IMG/VR virus record: IMGVR_UViG_2529292906_000014
Coordinates: 1-47,310 of that record
Length of the DNA stretch: 47,310 bases
Strand: one strand, 5' to 3'
From: a virus
Lineage: Duplodnaviria; Heunggongvirae; Uroviricota; Caudoviricetes
Shown piece after piece: positions 9,450 through 18,943 of this stretch. The notes beneath the pieces were generated by a model. It made no database searches. It was not told where the DNA came from and worked only from the letters and a program-made list of their open reading frames with translations. The first letter of the stretch is position 1, and each line of letters begins with the position of its first letter. A program made the position numbers and the translations under genes.

Positions 9450-10102
9450 TGAGTAATAAATATTGCCAGGCGCTGGCGGAACTGCGGAACAAACCAGCCC
9501 ATGAACTGAAGGAAGTGGGCGATCAGTGGCGCACGCCGGACAACATTTTCTGGGGAATTAACACTCTGTTTGGCCCGTTTGTTCTGGATCTGTTTACTGA
9601 CGGTGATAACGCCAAATGTGCTGCGTATTACACGGCGGAAGACAACGCGCTGGCGCATGACTGGTCAGAACGCCTTGCGGAGCTTAAAGGTGCTGCCTTT
9701 GGTAATCCCCCATACAGCCGCGCCAGTCAGCATGAGGGGCAATACATCACCGGCATGCGTTACATCATGAAGCATGCCAGTGCCATGCGTGATAAAGGCG
9801 GGCGCTATGTTTTCCTGATCAAAGCTGCCACCAGCGAAGTGTGGTGGCCGGAAGATGCAGATCATATTGCTTTTATTCGCGGGCGTATTGGTTTTGAACT
9901 GCCTGCCTGGTTTATCCCGAAGGATGAGAAGCAGGTGCCGACAGGCGCTTTCTTCGCTGGTGCTATTGCTGTTTTCGACAAGACCTGGAAGGGACCGGCA
10001 ATCAGCTACATCGGGCGCTATGAACTTGAGGCATGTGGTGAGGCCTTTCTGGCGCAGGTTCGCCAGCAGGCAGAAAAACTGGTCAGGGAGATGGCGGCAT
10101 GA
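9449..10102 (+). CDS. phage DNA N6-adenine methyltransferase (Dam-like)
   Basis: Start overlaps the upstream stop (TAATG); catalytic NPPY motif (FGNPPYSRA). Confidence 0.85.
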   Translation: MSNKYCQALAELRNKPAHELKEVGDQWRTPDNIFWGINTLFGPFVLDLFTDGDNAKCAAYYTAEDNALAHDWSERLAELKGAAFGNPPYSRASQHEGQYITGMRYIMKHASAMRDKGGRYVFLIKAATSEVWWPEDADHIAFIRGRIGFELPAWFIPKDEKQVPTGAFFAGAIAVFDKTWKGPAISYIGRYELEACGEAFLAQVRQQAEKLVREMAA

Positions 10103-10425
10103 CGACGTTAACTCAATGCCAGCAGCAGGTGCTGGATATGCTGATTTCTTATCAGAAAGAACGTGGCTTCCCGCCAACCAATCAGGAGGTGGCAACCATG
10201 CTGGGATACCGTTCAGTGAATGCAGCGGTGGAGCATCTTCGCGCACTGGAGAAAAAAGGCGTCATCACGATAAAGCGTGGCGTGGCCCGGGGCATCACGC
10301 TTCATACCGCGGTGAAGGACGACGACAGCGAGGCGGTCGGGATTATCCGCGCACTGCTTGCCGGTGAGGAAAACGCCAGGCTGCGTGCAGCCCACTGGTT
10401 ACATGAGAGGGGCCTGAAAGTATGA
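10099..10425 (+). CDS. LexA N-terminal DNA-binding domain protein
   Basis: 108 aa resembling the LexA winged-HTH domain (QQQVLDMLISYQKERGFPPTNQEVATMLGYRSVNAAVEHLRALEKKGVI) without the peptidase domain. Confidence 0.8.
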   Translation: MTTLTQCQQQVLDMLISYQKERGFPPTNQEVATMLGYRSVNAAVEHLRALEKKGVITIKRGVARGITLHTAVKDDDSEAVGIIRALLAGEENARLRAAHWLHERGLKV

Positions 10426-10811
10426 AGCTGATCTTGCCTTTCCCGCCCAGCGTGAACACGTACTGGCGACACCCCAACAAAGGGGCGTTTGCAGGTAAAA
10501 GCCTGATAAGCGAGGCGGGGCGAAAATTCCAGAGCGCGGCGTGCGCAGCAATAGTTGAGCAGTTACGTCGTCTGCCGAAACCAACGTCGGCACCTGCTTC
10601 AGTGGAGATCGTGTTGTTTCCTCCAGATAACCGGATCCGCGATCTGGACAACTATAACAAGGCGCTGTTTGACGCCCTGACCCACGCGGGTGTGTGGGAA
10701 GACGACAGCCAAGTGAAAAGAATGTTGGTGGAGTGGGGACCGGTTATCCCGGAAGGGAAGGTCGAGATCACTATCAGTAAGTACGAGAAACCGGCGGGTG
10801 CAGCCGCCTGA
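10422..10811 (+). CDS. rusA: Holliday junction resolvase RusA
   Basis: 129 aa; RusA-type sequence MKLILPFPPSVNTYW...DLDNYNKALFDAL; ATGA overlap with the upstream gene. Confidence 0.9.
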   Translation: MKLILPFPPSVNTYWRHPNKGAFAGKSLISEAGRKFQSAACAAIVEQLRRLPKPTSAPASVEIVLFPPDNRIRDLDNYNKALFDALTHAGVWEDDSQVKRMLVEWGPVIPEGKVEITISKYEKPAGAAA

Positions 10812-10830
10812 TTAAGAGGAGAAACGAAGT

Positions 10831-11628
10831 ATGAATAATCTGATGGTCATTGATGGTATTGAAGTTCGTCGTGATGCTTATGGGCGTTACAGCCTGAACG
10901 ATCTGCACAGGGCTGCCGGTTCTCTGGATAAGCATAAGCCTGCATTCTGGCTCCGCAATGAGCAAACTGAACGTTTAATAAGCGAGTTGCAGATTTGCAA
11001 CTCGGTCAATATAGAGCCAGTTAACGTTATTCGTGGCGGAAATAACCAGGGGACGTATGTCTGCAAAGAACTGGTGTATGCCTATGCAATGTGGATCAGC
11101 CCGTCATTCCATCTGAAGGTGATCCGTACTTTCGACATGGTAACCAGCGCACCGGAAAAATTATCCGGACAGGCTGCTGACAAGATACAGGCTGGTGTGA
11201 TTCTGCTGGACTTTATGCGCAGGGAGTTAAACCTGTCTAACTCTTCAGTGCTTGGGGCCTGTCAGAAACTCCAGGAGGCTGTTGGCTTACCGAATCTGGC
11301 ACCGCGCTATGCCATTGATGCTCCTGCTGACGCGCCTGATGGCTCAAGTCGCCCTACGCTGTCGCTGAGTGCACTGCTGAAACAGTATGGTATCCGCCTT
11401 ACGGCTAATCAGGCATATCACCAGATGGCGAAGCTGGGGATCGTTGAACAACGCGAACGATACAGCCGTACCTCGATTAACAACATCAAAAAATTCTGGT
11501 CGCTGACAGCGAAAGGCTGCATGTTCGGCAAGAACATCACCAGTCCCGCAAATCCGCGCGAGACGCAGCCGCATTTCTTCGAATCCCGATTCCCTGAGCT
11601 GTTAAAGCTGCTCGATACCGTTCATTGA
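10831..11628 (+). CDS. KilA-N domain protein (antirepressor-like)
   Basis: N-terminal KilA-N-like region (YSLNDLHRAAG...KPAFWLRNEQTERLISEL...YAMWISPSFHLKVIRTFD). Confidence 0.75.
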   Translation: MNNLMVIDGIEVRRDAYGRYSLNDLHRAAGSLDKHKPAFWLRNEQTERLISELQICNSVNIEPVNVIRGGNNQGTYVCKELVYAYAMWISPSFHLKVIRTFDMVTSAPEKLSGQAADKIQAGVILLDFMRRELNLSNSSVLGACQKLQEAVGLPNLAPRYAIDAPADAPDGSSRPTLSLSALLKQYGIRLTANQAYHQMAKLGIVEQRERYSRTSINNIKKFWSLTAKGCMFGKNITSPANPRETQPHFFESRFPELLKLLDTVH

Positions 11629-11629
11629 G

Positions 11630-12625
11630 GTGACCGTGAGAGCACTACTGACCCCTGAAATTGCCCCGCGTATGGGGATCGTATTGTTCAGACCAGGTTC
11701 AGAGCTGATGCCCCTGTTTATGCAGGGGCGTGTCCTGCTGGAGCCTGAGCCGGAACGTTATTCATCTTTCGCCAGTGGTGCCGTTCCGGCGGCATCACAA
11801 CCGCTGGCGGATGATCCTGCCGTACGGGCCGTGTTCCGCAATGAGGCAGTGATCCGTCGTGCTGGTGGCGTGGAATGTCTTGAAAGCTGGTTACTTCGTG
11901 AAAAAGGCTGCCAGTGGCCTCATTCCGACTGGCACAGCGAGAACATGACAACAATGCGACACGCGCCGGGCGCAATCCGTCTGTGCTGGCACTGCGATAA
12001 CCAGCTGCGCGATCAGTTCACGGAACGGCTGGAATCAATGGCAACGGATAACTGTGCCCGCTGGGTGTTGTCTGTTGTGCGTCGGGATCTCGGTTTTGAT
12101 GACAGTCACGTTGTGACAATGCCGGAACTGTGCTGGTGGCTGATTCGTAATGACCTGGCGGATGCCTTACCGGAAAGTGCAGCCCGTAAGGCACTGAGAT
12201 TACCGAAGCCTGTTGTGCCGTCTGTCACCCGGGAAAGTGACCTTGTGCCTTCGGTTCCTGCCACCAGCATCATCCAGGATAAGGCGAAAAAGGTGCTGGC
12301 GCTGAAAGTGGATCCGGAGTCGCCGGAGTCTTTTATGTTACGCCCAAAACGTCGCCGCTGGGTTAATGAAAAGTACACGCGCTGGGTTAAGACACAGCCG
12401 TGTGCATGTTGTGGAAAGCCCGCTGATGATCCCCACCACCTGATAGGTTACGGTCAGGGTGGAATGGGAACAAAAGCGCATGACCTTTTTGTGTTGCCTT
12501 TGTGCAGAAAGCATCACGACGAGCTGCATGCGGATACCGTGGCATTTGAAGAAAAGTATGGCTCCCAGCTGGAGCTGATATTTCGTTTTATCGATCGCGC
12601 GCTGGCAATTGGCGTGCTGGCCTGA
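11630..12625 (+). CDS. DUF968 family protein with C-terminal Cys/His-rich nuclease-like motif
   Basis: GTG start; C-terminal CACCGKPADDPHHLIGYGQGGMGTKAHDLFVLPLCRKHHDELH. Confidence 0.7.
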   Translation: MTVRALLTPEIAPRMGIVLFRPGSELMPLFMQGRVLLEPEPERYSSFASGAVPAASQPLADDPAVRAVFRNEAVIRRAGGVECLESWLLREKGCQWPHSDWHSENMTTMRHAPGAIRLCWHCDNQLRDQFTERLESMATDNCARWVLSVVRRDLGFDDSHVVTMPELCWWLIRNDLADALPESAARKALRLPKPVVPSVTRESDLVPSVPATSIIQDKAKKVLALKVDPESPESFMLRPKRRRWVNEKYTRWVKTQPCACCGKPADDPHHLIGYGQGGMGTKAHDLFVLPLCRKHHDELHADTVAFEEKYGSQLELIFRFIDRALAIGVLA

Positions 12626-12640
12626 TTTTTTCGGAGAAAG

Positions 12641-13006
12641 GTGATGCGTGATATTCAGATGGTTCTGGATCGTTGGGGAGCATGGGCGGCGAGTGATAGT
12701 TCAGGAGTAGATTATTCTCCTATAGCTGCTGGGTTTAAAGGGCTTCTTCCCTATACAAGCAAAACACGTCAGGCTTGTTCAGATAGTGATGCATTAATTA
12801 TTGAAGGTTGTCTTGCACGTCTAAAGCAAAAAAGACCTGATGAGCATTCGCTTCTTGTGGCACATTATTTATACAGAATATCCAAGCGTAAGATTGCAAA
12901 GGCGCGTGGAAAGGATGAGAAACTAATACGCATTGAGATACAGATGGCTGAGGGGTTTATTGATGGATGCCTTTCAATTCTGGATGTTAAACTTGAAATG
13001 GATTAG
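12641..13006 (+). CDS. Q: late gene antiterminator Q
   Basis: 121 aa, MMRDIQMVLDRWGAWAA...IAAGFKGLL...AEGFIDGCLSILDVKLEMD typical of the small Q family; directly upstream of the late region. Confidence 0.85.
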   Translation: MMRDIQMVLDRWGAWAASDSSGVDYSPIAAGFKGLLPYTSKTRQACSDSDALIIEGCLARLKQKRPDEHSLLVAHYLYRISKRKIAKARGKDEKLIRIEIQMAEGFIDGCLSILDVKLEMD

Positions 13007-13012
13007 TGAAAC

Positions 13013-13030
13013 CCCGGCTTAAGCCGGGGA
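13013..13030. terminator. 18-bp GC-rich perfect palindrome between convergent Q and NYN genes
   Basis: CCCCGGCTTAAGCCGGGG; contains the NYN stop codon; weak flanking T-runs. Confidence 0.4.
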
Positions 13031-13894
13031 TGTTTCAGATTGAAGTGTTTTTTTCTTGGGCTCGTTCTTAGATGATTTTGTTTTCTTTTGACGATTGAGT
13101 TTTTTCTCTTTGCGTCTGTCAATATAATCGTCCCACCAATCAGGTTTTACTGTTGGGACGATTCTGCAAATATCAGCAATTGCAACAACAATGTTGCTCG
13201 ATTGCACTCCATCGACGTGCTCTGCCAGTGAGGGAGGAACTTGTTGGTTCATTGGATCGAGGATAAAATCCACACCCTTTATACGGGCATGTTTAGCGGC
13301 AGGAACGAAATCAGCATCGCCAGCAATCAGGACGATCACATCAACTAGTTTCTCATGAGCAAGGATAGTTATATCCATACCAAGCTTAATATCGACGGCT
13401 TTTTGTTTATATTCGTAGTAGAAATCGTCGTTAGTTAACTCAGACCATTGAATTTCATTACGTAATAGTTTCTTAAGAGTATGTTCTTTTATTTGCCAGT
13501 TACCGACGTTTGAAAGAATACCCATACGAAGTGCCGTTTTACGATTCTTCCTTAGCTCCTCATGAAGCTTGTTTCGTAAAACATTCGGAGCATGTGTCTT
13601 GAAGTTTTTAGTTGATGGGGTTTTGTTGTCTCCATCAGGCAAAGGATACTTAATCTGTTTATCAAGCGGCGGGCAGTCGTAATAGTAAATACGGTAAAGC
13701 TCAAGTGGTTCACGGTCAGCGTGAGCACCATGTGGAACCTCTACATGAAATTTAACAATTCGCCAGATTATTTTAACAAGTTGTTGGCTGTCTAACTCAT
13801 GCCCAGGGAAATGTTTTCGTAGAAAGTAATCAATCCGACGGATGAAGTAGCCGCCGTCAATCAAGACTGCTGTTTTCTTCATTGAAAAACTCAC
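13019..13894 (-). CDS. NYN-domain (PIN-like) putative ribonuclease
   Basis: 291 aa; NYN hallmarks KKTAVLIDGGYF and VIVLIAGDADFVPAAKHARIKGVDFIL; Lys-rich C-terminal tail; antisense to the surrounding late operon. Confidence 0.8.
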   Translation of the reverse strand: MSFSMKKTAVLIDGGYFIRRIDYFLRKHFPGHELDSQQLVKIIWRIVKFHVEVPHGAHADREPLELYRIYYYDCPPLDKQIKYPLPDGDNKTPSTKNFKTHAPNVLRNKLHEELRKNRKTALRMGILSNVGNWQIKEHTLKKLLRNEIQWSELTNDDFYYEYKQKAVDIKLGMDITILAHEKLVDVIVLIAGDADFVPAAKHARIKGVDFILDPMNQQVPPSLAEHVDGVQSSNIVVAIADICRIVPTVKPDWWDDYIDRRKEKKLNRQKKTKSSKNEPKKKTLQSETSPA

Positions 13895-13971
13895 AAAAAA
13901 AGCTCAGAACCGTTGAGTAGACCCTAAATATTATCTACGAACAGTGCTGAGCTGGTGACGCAATAATTAAC

Positions 13972-14063
13972 TATTGACATTTGCGTTGTCAACAAATTTT
14001 GCACTGTTTAAATGTAAATTTTTTCTGCTGTCAACATATAGTGTCATCTTTGGCATGTTGACA
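13972..14063. promoter_or_regulatory. cluster of TGTCAACA/TGTTGACA motifs in the NYN-late operon divergent region (candidate operator and late promoter region)
   Basis: TTGACA at 13974, TGTCAACA at 13987 and 14029, inverted copy TGTTGACA at 14056. Confidence 0.35.
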
Positions 14064-14135
14064 CTATATAAACGCTTACGCGGTCCGCAAAAATAATTGT
14101 ATCATGTTAAGAGTGGTTACTTCGACTCCTTCCTT

Positions 14136-14161
14136 AAAACCGCAGTTGAGCGGTTTTTTTG
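14136..14161 (+). terminator. intrinsic terminator, candidate tR' of the late operon
   Basis: Hairpin AAACCGC-agttga-GCGGTTT followed by T7. Confidence 0.6.
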
Positions 14162-14258
14162 TACCTGTAAACCTGGTGCAGTACAGTAAACACGCTGGTG
14201 GTCGTGAATACTGGCTTTTTATCTTGCTGGCTTTTTAGACAAGAGTTATTGGTATGTC

Positions 14259-14486
14259 ATGTTAACCAGAAGGGAAAAAGACATGCTAAAACAGCAAGAT
14301 ATGACAGAAACCGCCGCCGTAGTCCTTCATTTCCTACCTGCTGACAAGTGGGTAACGCCACGCATGATGACGAGAACTACCGGAGTAAGCGAAGCCCGGT
14401 GCCAGTTAATACTGACTCAGTTAGTTCTGGCGGGTCTGGCGAAGGATAACGGCGGGTACGGGAATAAATTCAGACGCTGCCAGTAA
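14259..14486 (+). CDS. small hypothetical protein (75 aa; alternative start at 14283)
   Basis: ORF between tR' and the methyltransferase; AAGGGA precedes the internal ATG at 14283. Confidence 0.4.
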   Translation: MLTRREKDMLKQQDMTETAAVVLHFLPADKWVTPRMMTRTTGVSEARCQLILTQLVLAGLAKDNGGYGNKFRRCQ

Positions 14487-14636
14487 TGGCGGTTTCCTGC
14501 TGTGAAAATGGGCGGCTGGTGGGTGTTGGTAGCACCTGCCAGCCATTCGCTCATGCTTACTGGTCACAAGCGAACCACGGCCCACTGCTTTAGCGCAAAA
14601 GCAGAGTGAGCCTACCAGAGTTACGCTTACTGATCC

Positions 14637-15689
14637 ATGAAAAATACTGTAAAAATAAACAGTGTTGATTTAATCAACGCTGATTGCCTGCATTTTATTC
14701 AGTCCCTGCCTGATGATTCCATTGACCTGATTGTTACCGATCCGCCGTACTTCAAGGTGAAACCCAACGGCTGGGACAATCAGTGGAAAGGGGACGAAGA
14801 TTACCTTAAGTGGCTGGACCACTGTCTGGCCCAGTTCTGGCGGGTGTTAAAACCTGCCGGAAGCCTTTACCTGTTCTGTGGGCATCGCCTGGCATCTGAT
14901 ATTGAGATCATGATGCGTGAACGTTTCAACGTGCTTAACCATATCATCTGGGCGAAGCCGTCCGGACGTTGGAATGGGTGTAATAAAGAAAGTCTGCGCG
15001 CATATTTTCCTGCCACAGAGCGCGTTCTGTTTGCTGAACATTACCAGGGGCCATATCGCGGCAAAAGTGACGGCTATGCGGCAAAAGAAAGGGAACTCAA
15101 ACAGCACATAATGGCACCGCTGATATCGTATTTCAGGGATGCTCGTGCCGAACTGGGTATAACGGCAAAACAAATTGCCGAAGCCACAGGTAAGAAAAAT
15201 ATGGTTTCCCACTGGTTTGGTGCCAGTCAGTGGCAGTTGCCGAATGAGGCTGACTATCGGAAGTTACAGGCACTGTTTTCCCGTATAGCGGCAGAGAAGT
15301 TTCAGGAACAACAACTGGAACAACCACACCACCAGCTGGTGGCATCTTATGATTCACTGAATCGCAAATATTCTGAATTGCTGGATGAGTTTAAATCTCT
15401 CCGGCGCTATTTCTCCGTATCAGTCTCCGTGCCTTATACCGATGTCTGGACGCATAAGCCCGTTCAGTTCTACCCGGGTAAACATCCGTGCGAGAAACCG
15501 GCGGATATGCTCCGGCAAATAATCAATGCCAGTAGTCGACCTGGTGATCTGGTTGCTGATTTTTTTATGGGCTCCGGTTCCACAATAAAAGCAGCAATGG
15601 CGTTGGGGCGTCGGGCCTTAGGTGTTGAGCTTGAGTCAGAGCGGTTTAACCAGACAGTGAAAGAGATAAACGAGCTGGTGGGGAAATAA
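14637..15689 (+). CDS. DNA methyltransferase, beta-class N6A/N4C (motif IV before motif I)
   Basis: 350 aa; N-terminal DPPY (LIVTDPPYF), C-terminal AdoMet motif [13 protein letters not shown]; first long gene of the late operon. Confidence 0.85.
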   Translation: MKNTVKINSVDLINADCLHFIQSLPDDSIDLIVTDPPYFKVKPNGWDNQWKGDEDYLKWLDHCLAQFWRVLKPAGSLYLFCGHRLASDIEIMMRERFNVLNHIIWAKPSGRWNGCNKESLRAYFPATERVLFAEHYQGPYRGKSDGYAAKERELKQHIMAPLISYFRDARAELGITAKQIAEATGKKNMVSHWFGASQWQLPNEADYRKLQALFSRIAAEKFQEQQLEQPHHQLVASYDSLNRKYSELLDEFKSLRRYFSVSVSVPYTDVWTHKPVQFYPGKHPCEKPADMLRQIINASSRPGDLVADFFMGSGSTIKAAMALGRRALGVELESERFNQTVKEINELVGK

Positions 15690-15756
15690 TCTGGTGGCCA
15701 CGTCAGGTGGCCTTTTTATTTCCATTACACAGCACCCGCATCTGCGAGGTGGGGTT

Positions 15757-15849
15757 ATGAAATCCATGGATAAGTTAACAACGGGTGTCGCCTATGGCTC
15801 CTCAGCAGGTAGTGCCGGGTACTGGTTTTTACAGTTGCTCGATAAAGTC
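15757..15849 (+). pseudogene. S: pinholin S (phage 21 S-type), 5' fragment interrupted by IS
   Basis: [31 protein letters not shown] with the dual-start MKSMDK motif; reading frame runs into the IS terminal repeat at 15851. Confidence 0.8.
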
Positions 15850-15892
15850 ATGAACCGCCCCGGGTTTCCTGGAGAGTGTTTTATCTGTGAAC

Positions 15893-16783
15893 TCAGGCTG
15901 CCAGATCATCGTTTCCGATGGAAGCATAATAAGCTTTTTCTGCTTCTGCCGGAGGAGTATGGCCCAGCCTTCCCAGCAATCGTCGATTGTTATACCAGTC
16001 CACCCACGTTAGTGTGGCCAGTTCCACTTCTGCACGGTTTTTCCAGCTCTTACGGTGTATTACCTCCGCTTTGTAAAGACCATTGATGCTCTCAGCCATC
16101 GCGTTGTCATACGAGTCGCCTGTACTCCCTGTTGATGCCAGTAATCCGGCTTCTTTTAGTCGCTCCGTATAGGCCAGTGACACATACTGAGAGCCTTTAT
16201 CGCTGTGATGGATGGTGCCAGACGGACGACGGGCCCACAACGCCTGCTCCAGCGCATCCAGCACGAATGTCGTTTCCATAGACGATGAGACCCGCCACCC
16301 CACGATGTATCCGGCAAACACATCAATGATAAACGCCACATAGACGAAGCCCTGCCATGTGCTGACGTAAGTAAAATCAGCCACCCACAGCTGGTCAGGA
16401 CGTTCTGCCACGAACTGACGGTTTACGCGGTCACCTGTGGCAACGGTTTTCCGGCTGACGGTAGTGCGGACCTTTTTACCCCGGAGAACACCGGCAAGTC
16501 CCATAACCGCCATGAGGCGCGCCACTGTACATCTGGCCACCCTGATTCCTTCCCGTAACAACTGACGCCAGACTTTACGCACACCGTACACCTGATGATT
16601 TTCATCGTATACGCGCTGTATCTCTCTCTTCAGCCAGTCGTCGTGCTGCGCACGGGCACTGCGTTTATCCGGATGATGTCGCTGTTGCTGACAATGGTAA
16701 TACGTTGACGGGGCAATATGCAGTTCGCTGCATACCGGTCCGACCCCGTACTGCTCACGCAGCTTATCCAGCAGTGGCATCAT
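15893..16783 (-). CDS. IS3-family transposase OrfB (DDE integrase domain)
   Basis: 296 aa with DDE-type catalytic region (WVADFTYV...[10 protein letters not shown]...HSDKGSQY...DNAMAES); overlaps orfA at a run of A's. Confidence 0.85.
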   Translation of the reverse strand: MMPLLDKLREQYGVGPVCSELHIAPSTYYHCQQQRHHPDKRSARAQHDDWLKREIQRVYDENHQVYGVRKVWRQLLREGIRVARCTVARLMAVMGLAGVLRGKKVRTTVSRKTVATGDRVNRQFVAERPDQLWVADFTYVSTWQGFVYVAFIIDVFAGYIVGWRVSSSMETTFVLDALEQALWARRPSGTIHHSDKGSQYVSLAYTERLKEAGLLASTGSTGDSYDNAMAESINGLYKAEVIHRKSWKNRAEVELATLTWVDWYNNRRLLGRLGHTPPAEAEKAYYASIGNDDLAA

Positions 16784-17106
16784 TTTTTCCAGAGGCGGTC
16801 GAACTCCGCCTTCGCAAAATAAGCGGAAGCCTGGCGAAGGATATCGTTACTGCGGCGCAGTTCACGATTTTCACGTTCCAGCTCTTTCAGACGCTGACGT
16901 TCAGCGGTGGTGAGCCCACCATCACCGCCCCCGGTATCCCGCTCATGCTGGCGAACCCAGACACGCAGAGTCTCCGGCGTACAGCCAATCTTTGGGGCAA
17001 TGGAACAAATTGCCGCCCACTGTGAGTCATATTCATCCTGACTTTCCAGAACCATACGAATCGCCCGCTGACGGACTTCGGGGGAAAAACGAGTATTTTT
17101 AGTCAT
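16780..17106 (-). CDS. IS3-family transposase OrfA (HTH)
   Basis: 108 aa [22 protein letters not shown]... with leucine-zipper-like C-terminus; I recognise this as IS629-type OrfA. Confidence 0.85.
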   Translation of the reverse strand: MTKNTRFSPEVRQRAIRMVLESQDEYDSQWAAICSIAPKIGCTPETLRVWVRQHERDTGGGDGGLTTAERQRLKELERENRELRRSNDILRQASAYFAKAEFDRLWKK

Positions 17107-17162
17107 CCTGTTTACCTCTTTCTCAGGGAGTTTAGTCTCCAGGATTTCCGGGGCGGTTCATC

Positions 17163-17285
17163 ACGCCCTCACAGTGGGCGGCATTAGGTGTGCTGGGTAG
17201 TCTGGTATTTGGCTTGCTGACGTATCTGACAAACCTTTATTTCAAGATTAAAGAAGACAAGCGTAAGGCGGCACGGGGAGAGTAA
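17163..17285 (+). pseudogene. S: pinholin S, 3' fragment
   Basis: Removing the IS and one TCA copy restores ...[44 protein letters not shown], a complete phage 21 S-type holin. Confidence 0.8.
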
Positions 17286-17289
17286 TTCA

Positions 17290-17640
17290 ATGACTCAAAA
17301 CTATGAACTGATTGTGAAAGGGATCCGCAATTTTGAGAATAAAGTTACGGTAACTTTAGCGTTACGGGACAAAAAACGCTTTGCCGGTGAAATTTTTGAC
17401 CTGGACATCTCGCTGGACCGTGTTGAAGGTGCCGTGCTGGAGTTTTATGAGGCAGCAGCCAGAAGGAGCATCAGACAGGTCTTCCTGGATGTTGCTGCCG
17501 GGTTATGTGAAGGGGATGAGCAGTCGCCGGAAAAGCGCCCCGTAATTTTAGAGGCGCAGAATGTATGGATAACCTACAAAGGAAAGCTACCGGGAAGAAT
17601 TACTGGTTCTCTGAAGACTCCTCCGGAATCACAACCTTAA
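17290..17640 (+). CDS. hypothetical protein between holin and endolysin
   Basis: 116-aa ORF starting 5 nt after the holin stop. Confidence 0.55.
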   Translation: MTQNYELIVKGIRNFENKVTVTLALRDKKRFAGEIFDLDISLDRVEGAVLEFYEAAARRSIRQVFLDVAAGLCEGDEQSPEKRPVILEAQNVWITYKGKLPGRITGSLKTPPESQP

Positions 17641-17703
17641 GTCACTGACCGGAACAGATAAACCTGTCCGTGGGCAGAAACCGATAAATCCTGATAAATA
17701 TCC

Positions 17704-18237
17704 ATGAACGCAAAAATCAGATACGGCCTGTCGGCTGCCGTTCTGGCACTGATTGCCGTCGGTGCGCCCGCGCCTGATATTCTCGACCAGTTTCTGGATG
17801 AAAAAGAAGGTAACCACACAACGGCATACCGCGATGGGTCCGGCATCTGGACCATCTGTCGGGGTGCCACGATGGTGGATGGAAAACCCGTTTTTCCCGG
17901 TATGAAACTGTCGAAGGAAAAATGCGACCAGGTCAACGCCATTGAGCGTGATAAGGCGCTGACATGGGTGGAGCGCAATATTAAAGTACCACTGACTGAA
18001 CCACAGAAAGCGGGTATCGCCTCATTTTGTCCCTATAACATTGGCCCAGGTAAGTGTTTTCCGTCGACATTTTATAAGCGGCTGAATGCTGGTGATCGAA
18101 AAGGCGCCTGCGAGGCGATTCGCTGGTGGATTAAGGATGGTGGCAGAGACTGCCGTATTCGTTCCAATAGCTGCTTTGGGCAAGTTTCGCGTCGGGACCA
18201 AGAAAGTGTGCTGGCGTGCTGGGGGATAGACCAGTGA
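17704..18237 (+). CDS. R: SAR endolysin (phage lysozyme, GH24)
   Basis: N-terminal Gly/Ala-rich weakly hydrophobic segment ([16 protein letters not shown]) then lysozyme E-x8-D-x5-T triad ([16 protein letters not shown]); pairs with a pinholin. Confidence 0.85.
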   Translation: MNAKIRYGLSAAVLALIAVGAPAPDILDQFLDEKEGNHTTAYRDGSGIWTICRGATMVDGKPVFPGMKLSKEKCDQVNAIERDKALTWVERNIKVPLTEPQKAGIASFCPYNIGPGKCFPSTFYKRLNAGDRKGACEAIRWWIKDGGRDCRIRSNSCFGQVSRRDQESVLACWGIDQ

Positions 18238-18242
18238 ATAAC

Positions 18243-18755
18243 ATGTTTGCTAATGCTTGGTTGAAAGTTGCCACGGTTTCGGCTCTCCTCATTGCCTCAT
18301 TTGTTGCAGGGAGTGTGTGGACGGAACGAGCATGGGAAAAGAAATGGGCGGATCGTAATAGTGAAGAATCCTCTCAGGCTGTGAACGCTCAGATAGCTGC
18401 TCGTATGATTGAACAAGGGCGAGTGATCGCTCGTGATGAGGCTGTTAAAAATGCACAAGAACAGGCTGCAAAAGCGGCTGCGAATGTTGCTGGCCTGTCT
18501 GCCACTGTTAACCAGCTGCGCACCGAAGCAACAAAACTTACCGTCCGCTTGGACGCTGCAAAGCACACCTCAGGTCTTGCCGTTGCCGTCGGAAGCAAAA
18601 CAACCGCCACCAACGCCGCGATGCTTGCCGACATGCTCGGAAGTATTGCAGAAGAAGCTAGATACTATGCTGGGCGAGCTGATGAAAGTTACTTGGCTGG
18701 AATGACATGTGAACACATTTACGGCTCAGTGAGGGACTCAAGTAGTGTTAAATAG
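18243..18755 (+). CDS. Rz: i-spanin Rz
   Basis: N-terminal transmembrane helix ([18 protein letters not shown]) and coiled-coil periplasmic domain; ATG shortly after the endolysin stop. Confidence 0.7.
   Translation: MFANAWLKVATVSALLIASFVAGSVWTERAWEKKWADRNSEESSQAVNAQIAARMIEQGRVIARDEAVKNAQEQAAKAAANVAGLSATVNQLRTEATKLTVRLDAAKHTSGLAVAVGSKTTATNAAMLADMLGSIAEEARYYAGRADESYLAGMTCEHIYGSVRDSSSVK
18433..18705 (+). CDS. Rz1: o-spanin Rz1 (embedded in Rz in another frame; start uncertain, 18451 or 18484 possible)
   Basis: Lipoprotein signal with lipobox LLTSC followed by a proline-rich sequence, entirely inside Rz. Confidence 0.55.
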   Translation: MMRLLKMHKNRLQKRLRMLLACLPLLTSCAPKQQNLPSAWTLQSTPQVLPLPSEAKQPPPTPRCLPTCSEVLQKKLDTMLGELMKVTWLE

Positions 18756-18943
18756 CTGGTATGATGATGTTGAGAAGGCGGCACAGCAGGAGCTGTAATC
18801 GACGAGTGCTAATCTAGCACAATTGAGTTCACAAATTGTCTACTTTTGCTATATTGCAACCGATGCCAACAGCCTTTTTTGAGCAAAAATCATAAATGCT
18901 ATCGTGTTGGCAGTTTTTTTCTTTGACGACACGGAATGATTTT

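Larger units (their letters stand above)
15851..17160 (-). mobile_element. IS3-family insertion sequence, IS629/IS1203-like, 1310 bp
   Basis: Imperfect terminal inverted repeats TGAACCGCCCCGG...TCCTGGAGA at both ends; 3-bp direct repeat TCA at 15848-15850 and 17161-17163; orfA and orfB inside. Confidence 0.9.
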
